This document shows, piece by piece, positions 20,060-30,422 of a stretch of 64,000 nt of DNA. Source of the stretch: an uncultured Nitrososphaerota archaeon. GTDB taxonomy: Archaea > Thermoproteota > Nitrososphaeria > Nitrososphaerales > CADDZS01. A program made the translations under genes and the position numbers. The stretch is taken from positions 1,216,001 through 1,280,000 of the forward strand of contig CAWCYI010000004.1 in assembly GCA_963799845.1 (NCBI GenBank), in the 5' to 3' direction. The notes beneath the pieces are model-generated. The model did no database searches, had not been told where the DNA came from, and was given only the letters and a program-made list of their open reading frames with translations. Each line of letters starts with the position of its first letter. Position 1 is the stretch's first letter.

Positions 20060-20155
20060 CCGAATATTCTTGTTTGGCCAAGTAAAAATGATTTGTTTTT
20101 ACGAGGGCATCAATCTTATCTGTAATTTGAAAAAATTGTTTTCAGTGACATATCT

Positions 20156-21143
20156 TTGAGACTGGTTCAGTTTTATGATCGGGATGATAATCGAAGAGTG
20201 GGTGCGAGCGAAGACGACCATTCGCTGCGACTTTTGAAAAATACAAAGAGCATTTACGAGCTTGCGATGGAATCCATCAGCTTGGGAGTGGACTTGAAAA
20301 CCCGAGTGAGAAGTTTGCTCAGCGACGAGACAGTCGACTATGATCAAATTGCCCGAGAGAATCGACTTCTAGTACCGCTGGATCATCCCGATCCTGCTCA
20401 CTGCCTTGTTAGCGGAACTGGACTAGATCACCTGGGAAGTGCAATTGCAAGAAATGCAATGCATGCGGACATGGGGGAGCTCACAGACTCGATGAAGATG
20501 TTCAACATCGGTCTGGAAAGTGGCAAGCCGCAGAAAGGAGAGGTCGGTGCTCAGCCAGAGTGGTTTTACAAGGGTGACGGAAGTTGCGTAGTTCCTCCGG
20601 GGCACGACTTTCAGATTCCTGCGTTTTCTGAAGATGCGGGAGAAGAAGCTGAACTGGTTGGATTGTATGTCGTCTCGGAAGGAGGCGTTGTGTTCAGGGT
20701 CGGCTACGCCTTGGGAAACGAACTGTCCGATCATGTACTCGAGAAAAAGAATTATCTTTACCTTGCTCACTCCAAATTACGCCAATGCTGCGTGGGTCCT
20801 GAGCTGTTCATTGACACTCTTCCGGACAGCGTTACGGGCACTGTCCGTGTGATGCGGGGCGGCGAAACTCTTTGGTCCAGCGAGTTTAAGACTGGGGAAG
20901 CGAACATGACGCACAGCCTAGCCAACCTCGAGTACCACCACTTCAAGTACGAAAGATTTAGGCGGCCTGGTGATGTGCATCTACATTTTTTCGGAGCATC
21001 AGTCCTCAGTTTTTCAGCGGGCGTGATTGCAAGAGCGGGGGATGTTTTCGAGAATCTCGGCCTCTGGATTCGGCCGGCCACTTTGTAACCGGCTCGTGAT
21101 CCAACAAAAAGATGAGAGGGGCGCTACAGTTAGTCCTCTTTGA
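20156..21143 (+). CDS. AraD1/GguC-like FAH-superfamily protein (frameshift near 21052)
   Basis: MRLVQF, DHPDPAH, GTGL.HLGSA, QPEWFYKGDG, NYLYLAHSKLR, EYHHFKY, RRPGDVH; corrected tail ISASGFGRPLCN..., TGA at 21143. Confidence 0.88.
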
Positions 21144-21428
21144 CAATTGGACAATCGCGGGTGTTGGAAGAAAGGACGGCTGCCATAATCCACTTCCAGA
21201 GTCGCACCTGCACCGTCTCTGGGAATTCGACAAAATCATCAGGTGACCAATTGCCGAGACCGATGACTAAAAGATCATGTGGAGCCCGTGAACGTGCAAT
21301 TACTCAAGTCTAGAATCGCACGTGAAAAGCTTTCTACCCTAAACCCATAGCGGGTAATCGCAAAAAATTTAGCCTAATCCAGGTACTCCCTACATAAGTC
21401 CATGGAAGGCAAACTTTGAAAGAGGAAA

Positions 21429-22205
21429 TCAAAGGCTCAGCGAGCCAACGTCCTCTAGCGGGGAAATCGTGTAGGAGTGCGAGATTTTCCTTCGGAGAAC
21501 CGGATCGCCTACCTCAAACGTGAAATCTGTCGGAAATGTCAGTCCTTTGATTATCGACTGCCCCCTGTAAACGTTCGGGGGAACGCCCGATAATAGCTCC
21601 GAAGATCCGCCGAAAAGAACGGTCCCGTCGTTTTTCAACCATGGATTGGTTCGGAGGTGATACTCCAAATCAAAGAGATCTGAGAGCGTAAAGTCCTGAT
21701 ATGGAATCTTCGAGCCATTCACAGTTATGAAACTCTTCAAGTTCAACTGGTCCCAGTGGTCTCTTACGTCTTGATAACGCCACGCCGTGCCCGCGACAAC
21801 AGCGGGACACATCTGCTTTGTCTTCGCAGAATCAAACACCATCCCAAGTGATTGATTTGACAAGTATTGCAGGGAACGGTCGTTGTGGTCGCTTCCTACC
21901 GACACGAAGATCTCCCCTCCGTCGAATATGGCTACGTATTCGACTTCGCCGGAGGTTTGTGGTCCCTGAACTTCGATGACCTCTTCGTTAGTCAAAAGGT
22001 AGCGGCTTTTCCTGCAAATATTCGGGTTTCCATGAACGGAGTAGCCTTCTGAGCGGAGAGCTTCTAGGCTCGCACGAGTACCCTCGATGTCCCGGCTGGT
22101 ATTGCGTCCGAGAAAGAGTTTCTTCACGTTAACCGAACGAGTAGGAGGAGCAGCTCCGTCCCTCTCCAGTACGTCAAAGTCGAGTATATTTTCCATCAGG
22201 TGCAA
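21429..22205 (-). CDS. DUF2848-family protein
   Basis: TSGEVE, VGSDHNDR, KQMC, W...DVRDHWD motifs. Confidence 0.8.
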   Translation of the reverse strand: MHLMENILDFDVLERDGAAPPTRSVNVKKLFLGRNTSRDIEGTRASLEALRSEGYSVHGNPNICRKSRYLLTNEEVIEVQGPQTSGEVEYVAIFDGGEIFVSVGSDHNDRSLQYLSNQSLGMVFDSAKTKQMCPAVVAGTAWRYQDVRDHWDQLNLKSFITVNGSKIPYQDFTLSDLFDLEYHLRTNPWLKNDGTVLFGGSSELLSGVPPNVYRGQSIIKGLTFPTDFTFEVGDPVLRRKISHSYTISPLEDVGSLSL

Positions 22206-22309
22206 CTAGAAACAAATCCCGAACGTCTGGGCTGAACGTTAAAGTCTTTTCGTGGAGAAAGAAATATTTTCGCTGGAAATCTCGGTTTCGCAACTATCGG
22301 TCCTTTAGA

Positions 22310-23311
22310 ATGAAATATAGGGTGCTCTTTTCAGATATCACTTTCAAGGCGGCTAATCTGGAGGAAGAGTCCAGTTACAGAGAACTTGCTTCGATCGCCG
22401 ATATCACGTACAAAATACCTTCAACCGAAGATGAGATGTGCGAACTGGTAAAGAATGTCGAGGCTATAATCGTGGGCGACTTTCCGGTCACACCCAGAGT
22501 TTTCGATTCTGCGACCAGGTTGAAACTTGTAGCCAAGTGCGGAGTGGGGTACGATAACATCCACGTTGACTATGCGACAAAGCGGAAGGTTCTAGTAACA
22601 AACGTGCCGTCGGTCCTGTCCGGACCTGTGGTCGAGCATACAATGCTTCTTATGCTTGCGGTGGCGAAAAAGCTGGTGTCGGCAGATTCGTCAGTGAGGA
22701 CGAACAGCTGGGACTCGTTTCACTCGCAAGAGCCCGGATTCGAATTGTCGGGGAAAACACTTGGCGTGATCGGATTCGGTGCTATAGGCTCCCGCCTCGC
22801 AGAAGTCGCGCGCAGTGCATTCAACATGAATATCCTGGCTTACGATCCAGTTGTCTCTCCCGAGAGAATCCGAAAGTCCTCGGCAAAACCTGTAACCCTG
22901 GATCAACTACTCGCGAGTGCTGACATTGTTTCTGTACATGTTCCTCTGAGCCCTGCGACGAGATGCCTCGTGGGAGAGAAGGAATTTAGGCGGATGAAGC
23001 CATCGTCCGTTCTGATCAACACATCAAGAGGACGGGTACTTGACGAGAGGGCCCTAGAAAAGGCATTGACCTTGGGTTGGATAGCAGCGGCGGGAATAGA
23101 TGTTTTCGAGAATGAACCACCCGACCCAAAGAGCCCGCTCCTCAAACTATCGAATATCACCATGACCCCTCACAGCGCCGCTTTCACTGCTGAGGCGACG
23201 AAGGTTCTGTGGCTGGCTTGCATTGCGGCGGTGATTGCCGTGCTCAAGAGTGAGCGTCCACGCCCACCCGCGAATATATTGAATCCGGATGTTGCTGGCA
23301 TTAGCAAGTGA
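22310..23311 (+). CDS. D-isomer-specific 2-hydroxyacid dehydrogenase (SerA/glyoxylate reductase-like)
   Basis: GVGYDN, GVIGFGAIG, INTSRG, DVFENEP, TPHSA. Confidence 0.93.
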   Translation: MKYRVLFSDITFKAANLEEESSYRELASIADITYKIPSTEDEMCELVKNVEAIIVGDFPVTPRVFDSATRLKLVAKCGVGYDNIHVDYATKRKVLVTNVPSVLSGPVVEHTMLLMLAVAKKLVSADSSVRTNSWDSFHSQEPGFELSGKTLGVIGFGAIGSRLAEVARSAFNMNILAYDPVVSPERIRKSSAKPVTLDQLLASADIVSVHVPLSPATRCLVGEKEFRRMKPSSVLINTSRGRVLDERALEKALTLGWIAAAGIDVFENEPPDPKSPLLKLSNITMTPHSAAFTAEATKVLWLACIAAVIAVLKSERPRPPANILNPDVAGISK

Positions 23312-23335
23312 AGACCAAAACCTCGACGTCAGATA

Positions 23336-24301
23336 TCAAAACCAGTTTTTCTTGTCCATTACGTTAAGCAGCTCCTCACCTCGGCTGAATCTCTTGCAGT
23401 TTTCCAGAAGAATCCTAGTCCGTCGTTCCGGAACATGCAGCGAGTCCTGGTTTGCAGCCACATGAGGAGTAATCATGACGTCCGGATTGGACCAGAGTGG
23501 ACTAGTGGGTGGTAGCGGCTCTTCCTCGAACACGTCCAGACCCGCGCCCGCAATCTTCTTTGTCTCCAGAGCTTTCGCCAGATCATCTAAAACGATGCAG
23601 GCTCCCCGACCAACGTTGATAAGGTAACAAGTTTCTTTCATCAAATTCAATCTTTTTGAGTTAATCATCCTCCGCGTCTGCGGCGTCTCGGGAGTAGTTA
23701 TTATCACAACATCTCCGGCCGGAAGCAAAGTCTCCAGTGAGTCGGTGGAGTAGAGCGCGTCAAAGTATGCGGGTTTCTCGGCTACTCTGGGATCTATTCC
23801 AATCACCTTCATTCCAAAGGCTTTGCACAGGCGTCCAGTCTCAGCTCCGATCCCTCCGACCCCAATAATTAGAGCGGTCGAGTCGGGGAGGTACACCTTG
23901 AACGGTAACTGGGTCCATTCGGTTTTAGACTGCTGAGGGATGTACCTGTGCAGATTGCGCGAATATGCCAGAAGAAAAGACATTGCGTGGGCTGCAACAT
24001 GTTCATTGAATATTCCCCTGAAGTTCGTAACCACCACGTCGCTTTGCACGAGCTCGTCATACCAGAATGACTGAGCCGGACCCGCCGCATAGCACTGTAT
24101 CCACTTTAGTTTATTTGCACGCCGAAACAACTCCGGAGGTACATTACCATAGGCGCAATTGACTTCATCTATGTAATCGCCCACCTCAGCTGGACTTTCG
24201 AAGATTCTCACTTCGGCGCCAGGTACCGCCTCACGAATTCTGTCCTCCCATTCCACTATGATATCTGGAGGCAGGATGGCCATTTTCAAGTGCATTACCA
24301 C
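23336..24301 (-). CDS. D-2-hydroxyacid dehydrogenase
   Basis: GVGGIG, NVGRG, LDVFEEEPLP, ITPHVA. Confidence 0.93.
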   Translation of the reverse strand: MVMHLKMAILPPDIIVEWEDRIREAVPGAEVRIFESPAEVGDYIDEVNCAYGNVPPELFRRANKLKWIQCYAAGPAQSFWYDELVQSDVVVTNFRGIFNEHVAAHAMSFLLAYSRNLHRYIPQQSKTEWTQLPFKVYLPDSTALIIGVGGIGAETGRLCKAFGMKVIGIDPRVAEKPAYFDALYSTDSLETLLPAGDVVIITTPETPQTRRMINSKRLNLMKETCYLINVGRGACIVLDDLAKALETKKIAGAGLDVFEEEPLPPTSPLWSNPDVMITPHVAANQDSLHVPERRTRILLENCKRFSRGEELLNVMDKKNWF

Positions 24302-24557
24302 CTTACCGGGGAATTTGGCAATAGATAGTTATTGGTTCGGGAAGGATTTCCGAAGAAGAATAATTCAAACACGTATCGAATTTTCTACTACCTTGCTGAG
24401 CCAGACTTTCATTAGCCAAAAACAAAAATCTGGTGCATGAGATATCGAACGGTACGTAAGAGTAGGGGTAACGAAATGATCATAATCAACGTTTCACAAT
24501 CAGACATGGGAGTCTGTCACTCCAGACGAGTTTGGCTATTAGCTAGCGAAAGCGTGC

Positions 24558-25091
24558 GTGTCGCCTGACCTTAGCAAAATGAATGGAAATTCAAGAGTTC
24601 AAGAGATGGACCTTCGAACTGCCACGGAAAACGTATCTGTGAGCGCACGTGTGCGCACGAAAAAAAGGAAGAGGACTGTTGAAAGAAGCGTAATCGCAAG
24701 ACTGCCTGCGAGGTGTGCGGCTGAGGTTCCGATACTTCTCCTCCTTTCAGGTTCACCCCACGGCGAAATGACAACCAAATCAGTGTTGTACGAACTTAGG
24801 AACGGCAAATGGTTCAGCGAGCTGAGGACGGAGGATAAAGAAGTAGTCTACGAAAAATCTCGAAAAAACGCGCTGGACACCATACTAAAATTTTTGAAAA
24901 AATCACTCGTTCTCAAAAAACAAGTGTTTCCGGTCGGAGAGGCGAGCGAGGTTGGCGTCTGGAAGATCACAGAGTCCGGCATTGATAGAGCTCGCAAGGA
25001 AGGCGCCAGCTGGCGAGCAACTTACAGCGAGCACCATACCATTGAAATAGATTTTGAGGATTTTCCAGACACTGATGCTAATGGGCAATAA
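24558..25091 (+). CDS. Hypothetical protein with Mrr N-terminal-like winged helix
   Basis: EVPILLLL...ELRTED...GVWKITESG resembles Mrr_N; no nuclease domain. Confidence 0.55.
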   Translation: MSPDLSKMNGNSRVQEMDLRTATENVSVSARVRTKKRKRTVERSVIARLPARCAAEVPILLLLSGSPHGEMTTKSVLYELRNGKWFSELRTEDKEVVYEKSRKNALDTILKFLKKSLVLKKQVFPVGEASEVGVWKITESGIDRARKEGASWRATYSEHHTIEIDFEDFPDTDANGQ

Positions 25092-25180
25092 AGTTTGACG
25101 AGAATGGATTCCTGCGTCTATGGTCATTCCCCGATGACAGAACTCGCAGTATTTGCATGCGCTACAAGAAAGTTGATTGA

Positions 25181-25561
25181 TTGAAATCAGGTGGAAGTTA
25201 TTTCGTGACACCACAACCGACATTTACATTCCCCGTTAGTTTTAGGCAGGTCGACAAGCCAATTTTTGATGCTCTTGTTTCCATAGCGCAGAAAGAGGGT
25301 TGTAATGTCACGACTGTATTTCGTACCGCTCTGACAGAATTTGTAGAGTCAAAAACACGTTCGGATAGTGCTGGTCGAAGGTTGGACGAGTTCTTGGACA
25401 AGTCAGCAATGTCCGCGCCAGTCTACCACGAGATGCTGACACCCGCAGAATTAAGGAGCTGGACGGAGGCTGATTTACTTCATGCGGCCAAACTTGTGCG
25501 AGGGAGAAAGGACGAACTCGATCATGAGTTGAGGCGCCGCGGGTATGTTTTCCGGTGGTGA
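25181..25561 (+). CDS. Ribbon-helix-helix/CopG-like DNA-binding protein
   Basis: VSFRQVDKPIFDALVSIAQKEGCNVTTVFRTALTEFV. Confidence 0.6.
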   Translation: MKSGGSYFVTPQPTFTFPVSFRQVDKPIFDALVSIAQKEGCNVTTVFRTALTEFVESKTRSDSAGRRLDEFLDKSAMSAPVYHEMLTPAELRSWTEADLLHAAKLVRGRKDELDHELRRRGYVFRW

Positions 25562-25735
25562 CTAGGCGCAAATCCTGTTCCCGGGTAGTATTCTAGTCGT
25601 TTTGTCTTTCCAAGCGACTCGGAGTAGAATCAAATTTTCTACCTAGATGCTGAGCCAGACATTCCTTTGTTCATGGAAGATCATTTCAGGAAAAATAGAA
25701 ATAATGTTGCTTTCGTTTGCCGATCTGATTACAGC

Positions 25736-26488
25736 TTGGAACGATATATCGACGTCCGCGGATTGAAAACGTACGTTGAAACGCTTGGTTCTGGCGAGCC
25801 GATTCTACTCCTACACGGTGGTTTGATTACCAAGGAGACTCTTTCCAATCAAGCCGATGAACTATCCAAGAATTACAGGATAATACTTCCCGAGAGACGA
25901 GGACATGGAAGGACAGCCGATCTTGATGGGGATATCACTTACGAAAACATGGCTGACGATACAGTCGCTCTGATGGAAAATCTAGGAATTCAAAGGGCTG
26001 TTCTTTGTGGCCACAGCGACGGAGCCAACGTTGCAATGTTGATAGCGATCAAACGTCCCGAACTTGTCAAAAGCATAATTCCGATCAGCGGCAATTTCAA
26101 TAATGATGACATGACCGAGGAGGATAGAGCAGCGCTTAGATCTCGGACTGTTGAAGATTTTCGAACCTCGAAACTCTTCCAGAAATGGATTGAATCATAT
26201 TATAGCGTGGTTCCAAACGCTCCCGAAAAGTTCCCCAAACTCTGCGAAAAAATAAAGAAACTCTGGACATCGGACTGGAATTGGGATGTAACAAAGATCA
26301 GTTGCCCTACATTGGTAATGTCTGGAGATAGAGATGTAATTCCGCTGTCGCATACTCTTGAAATGTTTCACAACATCAAAGATGCAAAATTATGTATTGT
26401 CCCTGGCACTACTCATGCTCTTATAGAAGAAAAGCCAAAAATGGTCAATGCTGCGATAATTGATTTTCTAAACTCAAATCGAAACTAG
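25736..26488 (+). CDS. Alpha/beta hydrolase
   Basis: LLLHGG, RGHGRT, GHSDG nucleophile elbow, GDRD, GTTH. Confidence 0.92.
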   Translation: MERYIDVRGLKTYVETLGSGEPILLLHGGLITKETLSNQADELSKNYRIILPERRGHGRTADLDGDITYENMADDTVALMENLGIQRAVLCGHSDGANVAMLIAIKRPELVKSIIPISGNFNNDDMTEEDRAALRSRTVEDFRTSKLFQKWIESYYSVVPNAPEKFPKLCEKIKKLWTSDWNWDVTKISCPTLVMSGDRDVIPLSHTLEMFHNIKDAKLCIVPGTTHALIEEKPKMVNAAIIDFLNSNRN

Positions 26489-26637
26489 AAAATCATCTCT
26501 GATCCAGTCTTAGGAACTCCCGCCTCTGTAATAGTCACGATGCAATCCGATAAAATATCAGTTCAATTTCTATCCTTCCAAACGAAGCAAAATCATAATA
26601 GTACACACTTCAGTTTCGGGATCAAGTCGCGCTCTTT

Positions 26638-28375
26638 TTGGAAGAACCTGCCTTTTCTGCCGAGCAAGAAGCCATTAGTCTAGTGCGCGAACTCCGCAAG
26701 ATTGAACTTTCAAATTATCGAGTTGTTGGCGGAATCGTAAGATATGAACAGTCCGCAAGAAATTCGATGAAGGATACAAAGCAGAGAATTGTTTCCAGTC
26801 TAAGCTCGCAACCCTTCGGATGTGATAATTATCTCATCTGGGCACCTCCCGGAAGTGGAAAGAGCTTTTCATCCAAGAAATTGCGAGATCGATGGGCGAT
26901 CATATTCTCTATCGTCGGCTTAACTTAGCTCAGTTGAGTGAACAAGATTTCCGCAGAGCTTTATCTGAATTAGAAAAACTCGACAAACCTCGCTTATGCT
27001 TCATTGACGAAGTTGATTCGAAACCATCAGAATCCTGGCCGTATGAAGCTCTCCTTCCTTCGCTTGAGCCTCCTGCTAATAAGAAAACGGTAAGATTCGC
27101 GGACTGAAAGTCATCTCTCGTACTTCGGTTTTGAGATACAAACAAACGAGCAAGAGTCTATCAGAAATCGCGAAAGAACTGAACGTCGGTGCAGTACTGG
27201 AAGGGAGCGTCAGAAAGGCAGCTGACGACTTACGAATTACCGCGCAGTGAATTGATGTAGAAAATGACGAACATCTGTGGTCTCAAGATTACGATAGGAA
27301 ATTCGAGAATGTGTTTGCACTACAAAAGGAGATAGCCCTAAAGGTCGCCGATTCTCTTCAGATTACAATTCCGACGAAGGAAAGCAAGGAGTTGGGAAAG
27401 AAACCAACACAGAGCCTGCAAGCTTTCACTCTATATCTAAAGGGTCGTTCTTACCGGCACCGGTGGACTCTCGATTCCTTCAAAAGGACAATAGATTATT
27501 GCGAGCAGGCTATCCAAATGGATCCGAATTATGCGCAAACCTACGCGGAGATCGCTAGATCTTACGCTCAAATTGGGGCTATGGAGCTGCTTCCGTCGGA
27601 GGAAGTTTTTCCGAAGGCAGAGAGGTTTGCGGAGAAGGCTATTCAATTGGATCCTTCTGTTCCGGAATCTCATCTCGCGCTCGGCCTCGTTTTGTTTTGG
27701 GACAAATGGGATTTCGGAGGTGGGGAAATCGAAATGAGACGCGCCCTTGATCTCAATCCCAATCTGGTTGATGGTCATTTAGACCTCGCGATGCTTCTCG
27801 CTTTAATGAGAAGATTTGATGAAGCTGTTTTGGAGTGCAACCGCGCTCTGGAACTAGATCCACTGTCAGACTGGACGTGCGTTTGGGCAGCTGACGTGAT
27901 GGCGTGTTCTCGCCGGATTGACGAATGTATGGATTTGTCAAGAAATGCGATTGATCTTGATCCGAATTCAGCTTGGGCGCATGCCCTTTTAGGCTTTGGA
28001 TACGTTGAGAAGGGAATGTTTGAGAAAGGAATCTCAGAAACTAAGATAGCCACAGAAATGTCTGGCGGGATTGACGTCGTCCAAAAGAAAGATCTCGTCT
28101 ACGCCTATGGCAAAGCCGGAAGAATTGACGAAGTAAGAAAGGTTCTCACCGACTTGTTGAGTATGAAGGAACAAGGGTACAGGGCAGAACCGGCAATTGC
28201 CCTTGCTTACTTGTATCTAGGTGAAAGGGTCAAGGCAATGGAGTGGCTTGAGAGAGCTTACGAGCAACGTTCAGGTTATGTTGTCGGGATTAATGGGGAT
28301 CCTGTGTTCGAAGACTTCCGCTCCGATCCCAGATTTCAGGCTTTACTGAAGAAGATTGGTTTTCCCGACACGTAG
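26638..28375 (+). pseudogene. Decayed paralog of the AAA-TolB-like-TPR gene at 30378-32747
   Basis: Colinear with the 30.4 kb copy; 1-bp loss near 26870, about 630-bp deletion at 27091, TGA at 27248; TPR half (27311-28375) still open. Confidence 0.88.
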
Positions 28376-28395
28376 AATGATTGGGATTTAGGCAC

Positions 28396-28665
28396 TCATG
28401 ACTTTAGTTCAATTTCCAAGTTGAAGAGTTCTGTTGAACCGACGTTTTCCACCTCGTGAGTAGCTCCCTCGGAATAGACTGCTTTTCCCTTTACGAGTTC
28501 CACTATTCGGGCAGAGCCATCCGGAAAAGTAATCTTGGCCTTTGCTGGATTCATCGGATATGCGACATACGCAGGATGAGTGTGCTTGGGCAGCTTGCCA
28601 CCCGGAGGGATTGTCACCTCCATAACTTTCACTCGCTCGTTTTCGATAAGTACTTTCTGACCCAT
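28396..28665 (-). CDS. Cupin-domain protein
   Basis: KVLIENERVKV, PPG, HTHP, THEVENVG; TTAATATA box at 28699-28692. Confidence 0.88.
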   Translation of the reverse strand: MGQKVLIENERVKVMEVTIPPGGKLPKHTHPAYVAYPMNPAKAKITFPDGSARIVELVKGKAVYSEGATHEVENVGSTELFNLEIELKS

Positions 28666-28971
28666 AATTTAGCAGCAGAGTCGCTTACACGTATATTAAG
28701 AAATCAAGGGGTTCTCGGAGGATGTCAAGCTATCCCGCAAGCCGTGAGACTACTTCATTCATGGCTTCCCACCAATATCGTTGGATAGTTTAGACAATCC
28801 GTAACAAATTTGGAGATTGGCACATTATCACGGAATAAAGATACAAACTTCGACAATTTTCACCCCTGATTCATTCGATAGCCTTCTGAGACTATTCAAG
28901 AGGAAATGGAAGAAATCAGGACTGTTTCTGCTGCTACCTCGTCGATTGTCTGATACCGATCACGTTTCAGT

Positions 28972-29211
28972 CTAGGCCCTTGTGGACTCGACTTCATGAA
29001 CCCACTGGCAATCTATTCCAGCTTGCTTGTGATGTTTTACAACTGCCTCTTTGTCGGGCGCATCCAAAACGCAATACACTTTGTCCTCTTCCTTGTTGTA
29101 GAGAATGTCGTGATGAGTTACACCGAACTTGTCCTTCGGAGCACTTTGCAGCTGCTTCAACTGCTCTGGTGTAAGTCGACCCATTCCGTGCGTATCAATG
29201 AACTTTGGCAT
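28972..29211 (-). CDS. DUF4242 (SCO4226-like nickel-binding) protein
   Basis: MPKFIDTH...KVYCVLDAPDKEAVVKHH...VHEV; ATG 29211. Confidence 0.85.
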   Translation of the reverse strand: MPKFIDTHGMGRLTPEQLKQLQSAPKDKFGVTHHDILYNKEEDKVYCVLDAPDKEAVVKHHKQAGIDCQWVHEVESTRA

Positions 29212-29322
29212 GAATCTGGTAATGGAAGGGATCGATTTAAGCTTTGGATCTTTTACTTCGGAATGGCAGTATCCATAAAAATACCCCAAATAGTCTTTCC
29301 GAATCCTAAGGGCTTTATGTAA

Positions 29323-30240
29323 TTGAAAATTGTAGTGATGGGTAGCGGGGGTCTCGGTGGATACTTCGGCTTCCTTCTTGCGCGTGCTGGCAATGATGTT
29401 CATTTCGTAGCTCGTGGAGACAAGCTCGATGCGATTCGCAAGAATGGACTTCGTTTGATCACTAGCGAAGAAGATTCTACTATTCAGGTAAAGGCAATCG
29501 AGAATCCCAAAGATGCTGGAACCGCTGAACTCGTATTATTCTGCGTGAAGACTTATGACACAGCCAGCGCTGCAAAATCGATTCTACCCATCTTGGGACG
29601 CGATAGTTCCGTTCTGACTCTTCAAAACGGCATTGGGAATTTTGATCAGATCTCGGATGTTGTGGATAGTGAACGAGTTCTACCGGGAATTGCTCTTATC
29701 GGAAGTGAGGTTCAAGCTCCCGGCGTTATACATGTAACCACTCAGATAAGAAAGGTTGTATTCGGTGAAGTTAACGGACAAAAGACTACAAGGGCTGAAA
29801 GAATTAATGAAGCGTCCAGATCAGCGGGTATTGACTCGGAAATCACGACCGATATTTCCAAACTTCTCTGGCAAAAGATGATATGGTTTTGTGGTTTCGC
29901 CGGAATGACCTCTATCATTCGGTTACCCGTAGGAAAGCTCATGTCTTATCCCGAAACTCGGGAAATGTTCAAACAGATTATGGAGGAGGTCGATGAAGTG
30001 GCAAAAGCCAAAGGGATTGATGTTGGACGCGATTACATTCAGAGTCGAATTGATTTCGCAGATCATATAGAAAAGAATGTAACACCTTCGATGATGCGTG
30101 ATCTCTTGGCTGGGCGAAAGCTCGAACTCGATGCTCTAAACGGGACTGTCGTAAGGATGGGAAAGGAACACGGAATTGCAACACCGATGAACTGGGCAGT
30201 TTACACTGCACTGAAACCATATGTTAATGGCCCTGCGTAA
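29323..30240 (+). CDS. panE: 2-dehydropantoate 2-reductase (ApbA/PanE family)
   Basis: GSGGLGG, VKTYD, LQNG, LWQK, SMMRD, ELDALNG. Confidence 0.9.
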   Translation: MKIVVMGSGGLGGYFGFLLARAGNDVHFVARGDKLDAIRKNGLRLITSEEDSTIQVKAIENPKDAGTAELVLFCVKTYDTASAAKSILPILGRDSSVLTLQNGIGNFDQISDVVDSERVLPGIALIGSEVQAPGVIHVTTQIRKVVFGEVNGQKTTRAERINEASRSAGIDSEITTDISKLLWQKMIWFCGFAGMTSIIRLPVGKLMSYPETREMFKQIMEEVDEVAKAKGIDVGRDYIQSRIDFADHIEKNVTPSMMRDLLAGRKLELDALNGTVVRMGKEHGIATPMNWAVYTALKPYVNGPA

Positions 30241-30422
30241 CTTTTGACGACGGAGAAAATAGAGGATCGAACTTACCGGTAGATGTTTAGTTAGAATCAC
30301 GTTCAATTTCTGTTCTTCCAGACGAAGCAAAATCATAATAGCTCTCGCTCTACTTTCGGCATCAAGTCGCGCTCCTTTTGGAAGAACCACCACTTTCTGC
30401 TTAGCAAGAAACTATCCGTCTA

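Noticed and set aside
24903-25223. Minus-strand ORF with CSACKYCEFC
   Set aside because: Overlaps two better + strand genes; the Cys cluster alone is insufficient
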